A DNA stretch of 63,977 nucleotides, filler included, from Chiloscyllium plagiosum (GCF_004010195.1; 8 parts of 8 records of this genome joined end to end with filler, not necessarily neighbours in it), one strand, 5' to 3'; shown: positions 1 to 12,021, counted from the whole stretch's first letter. A program made the numbers and translations. Notes: generated by a model not told the origin, from the letters alone.

Positions 1-167
1 TGGAACCTGCAACAAAGTCCTCTAACCATATCTCTGAAATGGCCACAACATTGAAATCCCAGATACCAACCCATGCTACAAGTTCACCCACCTTATTCCG
101 GATGCTCCTGGCATTGAAGTACACACACTTCAAACCAACATCCTGATTGCTGGTGCCCTCTCATGAC

Positions 168-640
168 CTTGCAAGGATGTTGCCAGGGTTGGAGGTTTTG
201 AGCTACAGGGAGAAGCTGAATAGACTGGGGCTATTTTCCCTGGAGCATTGGAGGCTGAGGGATGACTTTATAGAGGTTTATAAAATCTTGAGTGATATAG
301 ATAAGGTGAAGAGTCAAGATCTTTTGCCCGGGGTATGTGAGTCCAAAACTAGAGGGCATAGGTTTAAGGTGAGAGAGGAAGGATTTGGTAGGGATCTAAG
401 GAGCAACGTTTTCATGCGGAGGGTGGTACGTGTATGGAATAAGCTGCCAGAGGAAGTGGTGGAGGTTGGTACAATTACAACATTTAAAAGGCACCTGGAT
501 GTGTATATGAATCGGAAGGGATTAGAGGGATATGGGCCAATTCCTGGCAAATGGGACTAGATTAATTTCGGATAACTGATTGGCATGGATGAGTTGAACC
601 AAAGGGTCTATTTCCGTGCCGAATGACTCTCTGACTAAGT
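168..640 (+). mobile_element. CR1-clade LINE 3' fragment (ORF2 C-terminus plus 3' UTR)
   Basis: ORF 147..560 reads LSYREKLNRLGLFSLE...TRGHRFKV...F..RVVRVWNKLPEEVVE...FKRHLD, the conserved CR1 ORF2 C-terminus; ends in TGACTCT-type tail. Boundaries approximate. Confidence 0.9.
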
Positions 641-1179
641 CTCTGGTTTAAATAGACAAAGCTTCTGAGACAGAAGTGACAGTGCTCCCACTGACCAGGT
701 TCCAGTTTGTACAGGGCTCTGCTCTCAGCTGGATGGTTGGGAGTTGGAGCTGATTTTAAGCTGTATATTGGAGAGGAATAAGCAACCTTTTTGATCAAAG
801 CCTCCAGAAATGTGAAGGTGACATTTATAAGCAATTCAGAGCAATGATCTACTCAGTTAGTTTGACTCCTGGGGCCTGCTGAGTACAAAAACTCAGCATT
901 TAGGGATTGCTGAGAAATATCTTCATTGACTTGGACATTAATTGTACTTTTCAGGTTCCACAGTTTAATGAAGAGTCCAGAAGATTATAGCTTTGGGTTA
1001 TTTCCCGATCTCATTGTTGCTGTCTACAAGGCTGTGAAGGACACAGAGTGGAAGAAGTACTTTCCAAAAGAATAGAGGCTGCTCCTGTCTTCAAAGGGTT
1101 GCCATCTCTTGAGTGGATATGAGACAGAACCACATGCATGCTTCAGGGCTAGAATGGAAAGCAGGAACTTAAATTTGTA

Positions 1180-1510
1180 TCATAGAATCCCTATAATGTG
1201 GAAGTAGGCCATTCATCCCATCGAGTTCATACTGCCCCTCCGAAGGGCATTCCACCCAGCCACCTATTCTATCCCTGTATTTTCCAATGGCTAATCCACC
1301 TAGCGTGCACATCCCTGGACACTATGGGCAATTTAGTATGGCCAATTTATCCAGCCTGCAGATCTTTGGACTGTGGGAGGAAATCAGACCACCCGACAGA
1401 AACCCACACAGACTCAGTGAGAATGTGCAGACTCCACACAGACCTGCCAGAGGTGGGTCCCTGGCGCTGTGAGGCAGCAGTGCTAACCACTGAGCCATCG
1501 TACCACGCCA
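1180..1510 (-). mobile_element. HE1/V-SINE tRNA-derived SINE
   Basis: Reverse strand has GGCTCAGTGGTTAGCACTGCTGCCTCACAGCGCCAGGGACC head and TGTGTGGAGT.TGCACATTCTC V-domain core. Boundaries approximate. Confidence 0.85.
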
Positions 1511-1789
1511 AATGTATGGCACTTTTTGTCACCTGAGGATGTCCCAAAGCATTTTACTACCAGAGCTGAGGGCTTGAACCATGAATAAGGTTACATTTGT
1601 GCCACACAACTGCCAGGCAATGACTGTCTCCAACAAAAGAGAATGTAACAATCTCCCCTTGATGTTCAGTGGCTGTGTGATGTGTGCACACATTGCCTTT
1701 AAGAAAATCCACCCCTGTGTATGTACAGTGTTGCACTCTACCTACCAGTTAGTCATCTGTGAGCCTGCAAGCTGCACACACCGAGATCA

Positions 1790-2130
1790 ATTCACAGAAT
1801 CCCTACAGTGTGGAAACATGCCACCTGGCCCAACATGCCCAGACCAAATCTTCCAAGTGCATCACACAACTCACCTCATTACTTTACATTTTCCCTGACT
1901 ACTGCACCTAACCCACACATCCCTGAACACCATGGATAATTTAGCTTGGCCAATTCTCCCAACCTGCACATCTTTGCACCATAGCAGGAAACCAGAGCAC
2001 CCGGAGGAAACCCACACTGTCACAGGGAGAATGTGCAAACTCCACACAGACAATCGCCTGAGGCTGGTATTGAACCCAGGTCCCTGGTGCTGTGAGACAG
2101 CAGTGCTAACCACTGAGCCAACATGCCGAA
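1790..2130 (-). mobile_element. HE1/V-SINE tRNA-derived SINE
   Basis: Same head and GGGTTTCCTCCGGGTGCTCTGGTTTCCT core on the minus strand. Boundaries approximate. Confidence 0.85.
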
Positions 2131-3774
2131 CATTATTGCTTGCTGTAATATCTGCTTCATGACTTGTAACATGTTTTTTTGTTTTAAATAAATCAACTCA
2201 CAGAGTTAATGGATTGATTATGGGACCATTATCTTTAACATGTCCTGGTGAAAAGCAGGAGAAAACACTGCGCAGATGAAGCATATTGTACAAGTAGCTT
2301 AATCTGCAGGTGGAAAATATAAACTACATTCTCTGATCGTGTGAAAGTGTATGAGGCAATAAATGGGCAAGGAACAAAAGTAGACCACTCGGCCCTTTGA
2401 ACCCGCTCCCCCATTCAATAAGATTATGGTTGATCTGATTTTAACCTCAACTCTACATTCTCTGATAATGTTTCATCCCTTCAGTCATCAAGAATCTATC
2501 TATGGTCATGGCAGATCATTGAGCACTATACTGTAATCCCTCCCTAGCCCATATGGCTTGAATCTTTAGCCACAAGAGCTATCTCTACCTCCTTGAAAAC
2601 ATAATGTTTTGGCCTCAACCACTTTCTGTGACAGAGAATTCCACAGGCTCACCACTCTCTAGGTGAAAACATTTTTCCTCATCTCTGTCCTATAGGGTTT
2701 ACCCCTTAACCTTAAACTATGAGCCTGGTTCTGGACTTCCCCACCATTGGGAACATCCTTCCTCCATCTAACTTGTCTCGTCCAGTTCCAATTTTACAGC
2801 TTTCTCCAAGATTCCCTTCCTTCATTCTTCTAAACTCCAATGAACACAATCCCCACCAACTCAACCTCTCCTTATACGTCAGGCCTGCCAACACAGAACT
2901 CAAATGGCATTCAGTAATTAATATTAATCAGCCCATTGTGGAAGACAGACTTTGAAGGTCAGGGTTATAAGACAATCTTTGCCAGTTCTAAAATTCAGGT
3001 TTCTGTTGCAGTAATCTCAATGGAATCATTGGATACAATCTTACAACAGCAGAAAGATGGGAGGTGTAGATGGAGGATGCAGACAGTGGTGTAGACAGTG
3101 GGTGTAGATGGTGGTGTAGATGGTAGTGTAGACATGAGCAAGACTTTGTGTGGTGACCAATTGGTGGCTGTGTGGAATCACAAAGAGAGCAGCCAGTGAG
3201 CCTGACACAGTCAGGGACACCCTCTGGTGCTGAAGGCCATGTTGCTGCTGGCAAAGGTCGTATTTCAACTGGAACTGCACTCCCTCCCTACACACTCCCC
3301 TCTTGTCCCCACATGCCTCACTACAACCCCTGGAGATCCCAGCCAGCACCTTGTGCCCTCGCTCAGTCTCCATTGACCTTGTCTCCATTAGCCTTGACCT
3401 CCTTCCAAGCACCTACTTGGGCTTCACTGAAACTTGAGCCATTTTCTCTGAGCTTAGATCATGTATTTGCCATCTTGTGACTGCCTCATCTAGTCACCAT
3501 TAACCTGCACTGCCCTCTCAGCATGGAGCGTAGATTGATTCAGCGCAGAAAAGGTCCTTTGGCCAATTGAGCCTACACTGACATAACTACCACTAAAGGC
3601 ACTCTAATTCCAATTTCCTGCACTTATCCCAAATCCTTGAATGTTATGATATTTAAAGATTGTGAGGTTTCCAGCATCCACTACCTTCCCTGACAGAGGG
3701 TTGTGTGTTTATAGTTTGTATCACATCAGGCTCACGGAACTTAACAAAAGCTCAACTCTTTGGGCCTTTTGTAT

Positions 3775-4100
3775 GGGTGGCGTGGTGGCTCAGTGGTTAG
3801 CACTGCTGTCTCACAGCATCAGGCACCAGGTTCAATTCCAGCCCCAGGTGGCTGTTTGTGTGGAGTTTGCACATTCTCTCTGTGTTGGTGTGGGTTTCCT
3901 CGGTGTGCTCCAGTTTCCTCCCACAATCCAAAGATGTGCAGGTTAGACTGAATTGGCCATGTTACAATTGCCATAGTGTTCAGGAATGTGTCGGTTAGGT
4001 GCCTTAGTTTGGGGAATGGGTCTAGGTGAGTCTCTCTTCGGAGGGTCGCTGTGGACTTGTTGGGCCAAATGGCCTGTTTCCACACTGTTGGGATTCTGTG
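3775..4100 (+). mobile_element. HE1/V-SINE, near full length
   Basis: A box TGGCTCAGTGG, B box GGTTCAATTCC, V-domain core, and CR1-like tail GGGCCAAATGGCCTGTTTCCACACTG. Confidence 0.9.
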
Positions 4101-4336
4101 ACAGTCCATTCCAGATTCCCACCACCCGCTGAGTGAAAACATTATTTCCCAAATCTCATTTGTGATGTTTGTAGTGAAATCCTTCAAACCATTCATTTTG
4201 TCTCATGTTGTTTACCTCTTGAGCTCCTTGTTCAATAAATGTTTTATTCCTTTTGACAAAATATGAATTCCCGGACAGGGGCTGTTAGCCTTGTCCAATC
4301 AGGGAGCCCTGGCTGACAGATTAAAAAGGGGAGGGT

Positions 4337-4900
4337 TCACTGGCCACTCGGGTGTTTTCCTATCTTCCAGGTGGTGGAAATTGAATAAAGATTCATGCAC
4401 CTTATGTCTCTCACTGTGTCTCACACCTACACACACACACCATGGGTGGTGGGGCAAAAAATAAGCACTACCGCAGTTAGGCAGTAGTGTGGGGGTTAAA
4501 AGGAGAAAAAAAAGTGTAAGAAAAAAGAATATAAACAGGAGGGTTGATCACACAAACAAAAAAAAACAGCAATGTTAAGGGCACTGCTTGTCACTGGCCA
4601 CTCGGGTGTTTTACTAAAAAAAGAAAAAGAAAAAAATAAATAAAAAGGGGAGTGTTCACTGGCCACTCGGGTGTTTTCCTATCTTCCAGGTGGTGGAAAT
4701 TGAATAAAGATTTGTGCACCTTGTGTCTCTACTATGTCTCAACCTGCACACACACACCATGGGTGCTGGGGAAAAAATAAGCGCTCCCGCAGTTAGGCGT
4801 TAGTGTGGGGGTTAAATAAAAACAAAATAGACAGAAGATTACATGGGTGCCGGGGAAAAATAAATACTTACTGCAGTCAAGCAGTAGTGTGGGGTTAAGC
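4337..4900 (+). repeat. Clustered copies of a ~170-260 bp retroposon 3' module
   Basis: CACTGGCCACTCGGGTGTTTT at ~4338, ~4593 and ~4657; CATGGGTG..GGGGAAAAAATAA...TAGTGTGGGG three times, each followed by A-rich tracts; related copy at 22096-22356. Confidence 0.7.
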
Positions 4901-5678
4901 AAAAAAAAACAAGAGTGTTCTGATATCCTGTTCACTCTGAGAGCTGGCTCTAAGGGAGCTGGACCAGTGTGTGTGTGCAAGGACTCTCCTCCTTGATTGT
5001 GTCTGAGAGGAAGGGGACTGTCCCTAGACCAGCTGCACCACAAAAAAAATTAAAAGGGGAGAGTCAGAAGTACTGATACTCTGGTACCTGACTCTGAATA
5101 ACAACCTGCCAACCATCCTCCTCCTTCTGTCACCCTCAATCTCCCCATGCTTACTCTTGATGCCCCTTCAATCCAGCTTGTGCTGCCTTTGGGAGAGGTT
5201 GGCCTTTCGTCCACCACCCAGGAACGTGGTCATCATCCCAGAGAAACATAGTCCCACTCATTACAGACAGAGACGACTGACAGTGTGATTAACCTGAGGG
5301 TCACTACAGCTGAGGCAGGGGGAGAGAAGGTGGCACTTTCATGGTGGCAGCACCCTTCATTAATCCACTGCAACCCTCTTGGAATTCAAGAATTCAACCT
5401 CTCTTGTTCAGACAACTCCCCTCCCTGTAACGTAATATTGCTGCATCTAGTTTAGGGCTAATTGACAATTGAAATATGACTATGGCTAGTCAGTGTTGGC
5501 GGGCAGGCAGCCACTACTGCAATGACCCCAGCTCCAGAATATCCCCTTGTAATCGGGCAACACATTAGGGAACACAGTGTGCACTGCCTCTGAAATCCCT
5601 CCCTTACTGAGAATACACTCTCACCTTTCTCAGCTACCATCTCAATTTAGTATAAATTCTGTGTCCAATGATCCAGCC

Positions 5679-5762
5679 CCACTGATGAAGGAGCAGCGCT
5701 CCGAAAGCCTGTACTTCCAAAGAAGCCTGTTTGACTCTAACCTGGTGTCGTGTGAATTTTAA
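5679..5762 (+). mobile_element. Penelope-like terminal repeat fragment with degenerate hammerhead motif
   Basis: CTGATGA-A-GGAGC-AGC-GCTCC-GAAA followed by GCCT instead of GCTA/GCTT; downstream sequence matches 16981-17030. Confidence 0.7.
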
Positions 5763-6423
5763 TAAAGATTGAATTGTTTTTCATCTGAGATTTGGGAAGA
5801 TTAAAGCCTCAACTTCAATACCCATCACAAAGCCCATTCTCTGTCTATCACTCAGAGACAAATGCCTTAGCGACACCTACAGGCAGCACAGAGTGACACA
5901 CACACTCAGTGCGATACCTACAGGCAGTACAGAATAGCACGCACACACTTCATGCTGCCTGGAGGTGTCTCTCTGAATAACACACCTACACTCGGAGTGA
6001 CATCTACAGGCAGCATTATGTAGTACACTCGCACTCAGAGGGACACAGCCTGCAGTGTTAGCAATTGGCCTAAGATCATTTCAGGTACTATCCAGCATGC
6101 AGCAGAGAGTGCACAGTGCAATCCCAGCAACTGGGCCTGGACCAACAGAGTGAAGGGGAATGCCTTAGATTGTAATCATTGAGTCCCAACAGATTTCAGT
6201 TTCTGTTCTGTTTGGAATCTTGTAACCTCCCCAGATTCCAGATCGAAGGGATCATTTGAAAGTGATTGATGATTGGCTGTCAGTCTATACTACAACAGAT
6301 ACCTTATTGATTGACAGGCCAAACAGCCAATTGTGACAATGTCATGCTGAAATGCAGCCAATCCGCTGAACGGAGTGGTCCATTTCCAAAACACACAGAG
6401 ACAGAAGCGAAATCTTCTTCACC

Positions 6424-6429
6424 TTTATT
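6424..6429 (-). promoter_or_regulatory. Probable polyadenylation signal of the kappa C exon
   Basis: AATAAA on the minus strand followed by GT-rich sequence; same position as 22051-22056 in the paralog. Confidence 0.65.
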
Positions 6430-6869
6430 CCCTTTTCCAGATTGACATTGGCAGAAAACAGACTGCAATTAACAGCCCAGACAGAGGAAGCTGCTCAAAT
6501 TCACAGCCAGAATGGAGCTTGAGGAAAACACTTGTGGAGATTTTCTCAATAACATGAGAATCTTGTCCCTTTAAACAGTGATAAAAACCTTAAATTGGAG
6601 CTGTGGCTGAGCAGGAAGGAGATCTGGTTTACTGAAGCAGAAACTTCTGAGGTTCACATTGTTTTGTACAGCTGACAATCTTTAGCAACTTGAAGAGATT
6701 TTATTTGGCATCACAAATCACCCCTGTTCCCCTCAAACACTCACAGGACAAGAACAGCATGAGGTTTGACACACTGTAAAGCTCTATCTACACTGTCCCA
6801 ATGACCAGCCTGAACTTCTGAACCTCAGAAATGCCTCTGAGAAGCCCTGAAAAGGAAAAGAATTGAAAT

Positions 6870-7285
6870 TTAATGCTCATAATGATCTTTGTCCTGCCAG
6901 CTCAGCCCTGTCCTATTTAAAGTTGTCTCTCCTCTGTGGACTGTCTCAAACACTCTACACACATTCTGATCTCCTGATGCTCTTTTGATGAGGGGAGAGG
7001 GGAGGGTCACGTGGGTGAGGGCACAGGAGAAGCGAGCATTGGACTCCCAGTCAGACCCAGAGAGGGTCAGCAGGCTGCTGACACTGTAGGTGCTGTCCGA
7101 AGCTCGCAGGTAGTTGCTGGTCTGAACCCCGTCCGAAATGACTGCACCATCCTTCTTCCACTGCACCTCCAGCTCATCGGGATAGAAGTGATTGGCAAGG
7201 CACACCAGGGTGGCAGTGCCCTTGGCATTGACCTGCTCTGGGGAGAGGGGCAGCAGGGTCAGCTTGGGCTGAGAGTTCTCACGGC
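6870..7285 (-). pseudogene. IGKC: Ig light chain kappa (NS4/type III) constant exon with +2 frameshift near the 3' end
   Basis: Acceptor tctttcag|GCCGTGAG; RENSQPKLTLLPLSPEQV...TATLVCLANHFYPDELEVQWKKDG...FSCALTHVTL. ATC AAAAGAGC versus AGC AAG AGC in the paralog replaces SIRRSECV* with a longer tail. May be a homopolymer assembly error. Confidence 0.85.
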
Positions 7286-8419
7286 CTGAAAGACAAGAGA
7301 AACAATTTTAATCCCTGCCAGTTTCAACTTTCAGAATATTCACTGGGAAAATGTTTGAACATTTGTAGCCAATACTTAACAAACCCAACGAAAGAACAGA
7401 CATTGTTTAAATTGCTTCTTGGGATGTGGGTGTCACTGGCAGGGCCAGCATTTATTGCTCATCCCTAATTGCCCCTGAGAAGGTGATGGTGAAAGAGAAG
7501 GGACAGTTTTGGACCATAATTTAGGAAATGAATGTGGGCAGCTGGAAGGGCGATCAATGGGGGAGCATTTCAGTGACGGGGATCAGAACTCAGTGAGATT
7601 GAGAGGAGGGATGGAAATGGAGAACCATGGAGCAAGTGTAAAAGTTTTCATTTGGGAACAAACCATTTTACTGAACATAGAAGATAGAAGAATACAGCGC
7701 AGTACAGGCCCTTTGGCCTTCGATGTTGCGCCGATCCAAGCCCACCTAACCTACACTAGCCNNNNNNNNNNNNNNNNNNNNNNNNNNNNNNNNNNNNNNN
7801 NNNNNNNNNNNNNNNNNNNNNNNNNNNNNNAAAGCAAAGAGCTGACAGGATGAAATGGAATAATAGAATTTACAGTACAGAAGGAGGCTATTCAACCCAT
7901 CATGTCTGTGCTGGCTCTGGAAATAGCTATCCAGCTAGTCACACTCGCCAGTCCGATCTCTGTTGCTCTCTAACTTCATTCATTTGCAATATGCACGTTG
8001 AAACCTCCAACAGAATCCACCTCCACCATCCTGTCAGGCAGCATGTTCCAAATCCTAACAACTCCCTCATCTCACTCCAAGCTGTCTTGTTGACCATCTT
8101 GAAATTGTTGCCTCTAGTTACAGACATACCAACTCATGGAAACAAAATATACTCCTTAACCCCGTCAAAAATTGTTCAAAACAGTGAACAACTCTATAAT
8201 ATTATCTCTTAATCTTCTCTGCTCAGAGGGGAATAAGCCCAATCTCTCTAAACTTTCCTTGTATCTAAAATCACTCATTCCTGGTATCATTTCGATAAAA
8301 CTCCTTTGATCTCTCTCCAAGGTTTTAATATGGCTCTTTGCTTTTTTGCTTCCTTGCCTTTTTACTCTGTGCTGTATTTTAAAACCCAAGGATTCTGTAA
8401 GTTTATAACTAAAAATACA

Positions 8420-9260
8420 ATAAGGGGTTAGAAGATGAAATATGAAAGTTTGCCAGCCAGTAATATAAAAGAAGATTGCAAGACTGTTTTTTTTTGTCGA
8501 AATATAAAAGCTAAGAGGAAGGCAAGACTGGATGTTGGACTGCTGGAAACTGAGGCTGGAGACATACTAATGGGGAACAAGGAAATGGCAGAGGATCCGA
8601 ATAGTGACTTTACATCAGTCTTCACAGTAGAAGACACTAGTAGTATACCAGAACTTAAAGAGATTCAGGGGCAGAGATGAGAGTAATGGTGATCACTGAG
8701 GAGAAGGTGTTGGGGAAGCTGAAAGTTCTGAGATGGATAAATCAGCCAGATTGGATAGACTACACCACAGAGTTTGAAGGAGATAGCTGAGCAGATTGTG
8801 GAAGCATTGATGGTGATCTTTCAGGAATCACTGGAGTCAGGGAGAGTCCAAGAGGACTGTAAAATGGTTAATGTAACGCCCCTGTTTCAGAAAGGAGGGA
8901 GGCAGAAGATGGGAAATTATAGGCTGGTTAGTCTGACCTCAGTCTTTAGTCAGATTGTAGACTTCAGTTTAAGGATGAGATTGCAGGGGAGTTGGAAGTG
9001 CATGGTCAAGTCGGGCTGCGTCAGCATGGCTTCATCAAGGGGAGGCCTGACAAATCTGTTCGAATTCTTGGAGGAAGGAATGAACAAGAAGATGTTTCCA
9101 ACAGGGGAAGAGACTAGGACCTGACAGCACAGCCTCAGAGTGAAGGGAAGACCCTTTTGAACTGAGATAAGGAGGAATTCCATCTGCCATAGGGTTGTGA
9201 ATCTGTGGAACTCACTGCTGCAGAAGGCTAGGGAGGCCATGTCATTGTACTTCAAACAGA
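8420..9260 (+). mobile_element. Degenerate CR1 LINE ORF2 fragments
   Basis: Peptides IFQESLESGRV..D..MVNVTPLFQKGGRQKMGNYRLVSLTSV and FTSVFTVED are typical of CR1 ORF2; frameshifted and internally deleted. Confidence 0.85.
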
Positions 9261-9264
9261 GGTA

Positions 9265-10844
9265 GCTAGGATCTGAATGCTTCCCACCATGAGAGCACGA
9301 AGTGTGGTCAGTGATAGCAGTTGGAGATCCAGGTTTCGGAGCTTGAGCAGCAGCTGGTGTCAGTGCGGAGCGTCCGTGAGGCTGAGAGCTCCGTGGAGAA
9401 ACGTTTCTAGATGTGGTCACTCTGCAGCTTCAGAGTATGCAGGGAGAGAGGGAATGGGGGAGCAGCAGACAGTCCAAAAGGACCAGGCAGCTAGTACAGG
9501 AATCCCCTGAGTGCATCCCACTCTCCAACCAGGATTCAGTTTGGAATCCTGATGAGAATGATGGTTCATCTGGGGAGTGCAGCCAGAGACAAGTCCCTGG
9601 CACCATGGGGGGGCTCAGCTGTACAGGGGGGACACAAGGAAGACTGGAAGAGTGATAGTGAGAGGAGATTCGAGAGTGAGGGCAATCGATAGGTATTTCT
9701 GCAGCTGCAGATGGGAATCCAGGATGGTGTGCTGTCTCCCTGGTGCCAGGGTCAAGGATGTCACTGAGCAGCTGCAGAGTACCCTGAGGGGAGAGGGGGA
9801 ATAGGCACCAGTCGTGGCCCACATCGGTCCCAGTGACAGAGGGAGAAAAGGGATGGTCCTGCAGTCTGAATTTAAGGAGCTCAGGAGGGAATTAGCAGCA
9901 GGAACTATAACGTAGGAATCTCCGGATTACTCCCAGTGCCCCACACAAGTGAGAAGAGGAACGGGAGGGTAATACAGGTGAATGTGGGGCTTGAAAGAGG
10001 ATCCAGGAGGGAGGGCTTCAGATTCTTGGGACATTGGGACTGGGTCTGGGGGAGATGGGGACCTGGACAGACCAGACAGTGTTGCTCCTGAACAGAGCTG
10101 GCACTGAGCTCTTTTGGAATGATTTACTAGTTGGAGAGGGTTTAAACTAACTTGGCAGGACTGTGGGAGCCGGGGGAATATCTGAGAGGAGCACCAAGGT
10201 CCACAGAATCCTCAGTGCAGTCAATAAGTCACCACCCAGCGGGAAGGATGTGGAGGAATACAAATGCAAGAGACCTGAGAGTGTGATGGAGTCGTTTTAA
10301 TGTGGGGGAAAGGGGGGATTTAATTTCTGAATATAGACTGGGTTAGTAGCAGTGTAACAGGCAGAGAGGGGCCAGAGTTGTGAGAGTGTGTTCAGGTGAA
10401 GTTTCAAGTGGCATCGTGGACAGTGAAGAAGGCTGTCTCAGAATATAATATGACCTTGACCAACTGGGCCAGTGGGCTGAGGAATGGCAGATGGAGTTTA
10501 ATTCAGATAAATGTGAGACCTGTATTTTGGTAAGACACAGGAGATGGGTGAGATCCTAAACAAATATTTCAGGTCAGTATTTATTGTGGAGAAGGGCATG
10601 AAAGCTCAGGATTTTGAAAAATAGTGATGTCTTGAAAAGAGTCCACAGACAAATGAGGAGATGCTAAAGGTCATATAAAGGTTGATAAATCCCGAGGACC
10701 TGATCAGGTGTACCCCAGAACATTTTGGGAAATGAAGGAAAGATTGTTGAGCCCCTTACTGAGATATTTTCATCATCGACAAGCATAGGTAAGGTGCTGG
10801 AGAACCAGAGAGTTGGCTAATGTTATGCCATTATTTAAGAAAGA
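9265..10844 (+). mobile_element. Degenerate CR1 LINE ORF1 (SGNH esterase-like) and partial ORF2
   Basis: VIVRGDSRVRAIDRYFC...SRMVCCLPGARVKDV resembles the GDS and CLPGA blocks of CR1 ORF1; later GQWAEEWQMEFN and ANVMPLFKK fragments. Confidence 0.8.
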
Positions 10845-10944
10845 NNNNNNNNNNNNNNNNNNNNNNNNNNNNNNNNNNNNNNNNNNNNTTAATTAATTAA
10901 NNNNNNNNNNNNNNNNNNNNNNNNNNNNNNNNNNNNNNNNNNNN
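10845..10944. other. Artificial contig linker (first of seven)
   Basis: N44-TTAATTAATTAA-N44, which has stops in all six frames. Identical linkers at 18563-18662, 27025-27124, 44795-44894, 52426-52525, 54597-54696 and 62013-62112. Confidence 0.98.
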
Positions 10945-10997
10945 CATTCAGTTCCCTCCCCCACCCTCTCTCAGTTCCCTCCCCCACCCTCTCTCAC

Positions 10998-11267
10998 CCA
11001 CACTCAGTTCCCTCTGTACGTACTCCAGGTAGTTCCTGAGCCACTTGACGCACTCCACCTCTGGGAAATGCTTCCACCGATGGTTGTTGACATGCTCCCG
11101 GTCCCACCTGTTTTTGGTGCTTTCCCCCCAGGGGGTGGGTGTCACGCACACCATGCGACCTTTGTCGAAGCTCAGGAAATCCTGGCCGTCCCACCCGCAC
11201 TGACTGAACCCACGTGTCGTCCCATCATCCCCCAGGTCACAGCCCATCATCTGGTATGTATGGATCC
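10998..11267 (-). CDS. MHC class I heavy chain alpha2 domain exon (nonclassical-like, possibly pseudogene)
   Basis: 270-nt phase-1 exon, ttgacag|GGATC...GTGG|gtgag; GIHTYQMMGCDL...WDGQDFLSFDK...TKNRWD...ECVKWLRNYLEY with the canonical Cys101/Cys164 equivalents. Confidence 0.9.
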
Positions 11268-11279
11268 CTGTCAATCAGA

Positions 11280-11613
11280 GGTTAGATCAGATGGACTGTG
11301 AGAACGTTTTCCCTCGGATGGCAATGGCTAACACGAGGGGGCATAGCTTTAAATTGAGGGGGCGATAGATATAGCACAGATGTCGGAGGTAGTTGCTTTA
11401 CTCAGAGAGTAGTGGGGGCTTGGCCGACCTGCCTGCAACAGTAATAGATTCGCCAACTTTAAGGGCATTTGAATGGTCATTAGATAACCATTGGGATGAG
11501 AACGGAATAGTGTAGGATAGACAGACTTCAGATTGGTTTCACAGGTTGGTGCAACATCGAGGGCCGAAGGACCTGCACTGAACTGTAATGTTCTATGTTC
11601 TATGTAACACAAG
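11280..11613 (+). mobile_element. 5'-truncated CR1 3' end inserted antisense at the MHC alpha2 splice acceptor
   Basis: TRGH-encoding segment and (GTTCTAT)n tail; flanked by the 12-bp direct repeat CTGTCAATCAGA at 11268-11279 and 11614-11625. Confidence 0.9.
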
Positions 11614-11760
11614 CTGTCAATCAGACAGAACAAATACAGATAATCAGGCTCAGATACAATGGAGGGTTCAGCCCATTGCCACCAGTGTCTGGCTCCCAGA
11701 TCCCCAGTCCAATCCTGGTTTCTCCCCATTCCTTCAGGACGAGGCCCATCAGGGACTCAC

Positions 11761-12021
11761 CGCCTGTCTGGTTGGTTCGGTACATGAGCTTTGGAATATC
11801 GGTTTGGAAATACAGCTCCTGTTCCTGTACCAACATCGTCTTCCATTCCCAGGCATCCTGACCGTCGCTCTCCACCATCCACTGCTCCCGGGGGATCAGT
11901 TCCTTCCGATCACTTTTGTATTTAACAAACTGGACCCCGTCCACATACCCGACAATCGTAAACTCCAAGAAGCCAGGAATCGGAGTCACACCGGTGAAGA
12001 AATACTGGAGAGTGTGGGAGG
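11761..12021 (-). CDS. MHC class I heavy chain alpha1 domain exon
   Basis: 261-nt phase-1 exon, cctgttccag|CCTCCCAC...GGCG|gtgagt; SHTLQYFFTGVTPIPGFLEFTIVGYVDGVQFV...PREQWM...RTNQTG with the conserved N86 glycosylation site. Confidence 0.92.

Noticed and set aside
3775-3845. tRNA genes at SINE heads
   Set aside because: A and B boxes are present but continue into the V-SINE body; these are tRNA-derived SINE heads, not tRNAs.
10889-10900. TTAATTAATTAA as a recurring biological motif
   Set aside because: Always centred in exactly 88 N residues; it is a six-frame stop linker.
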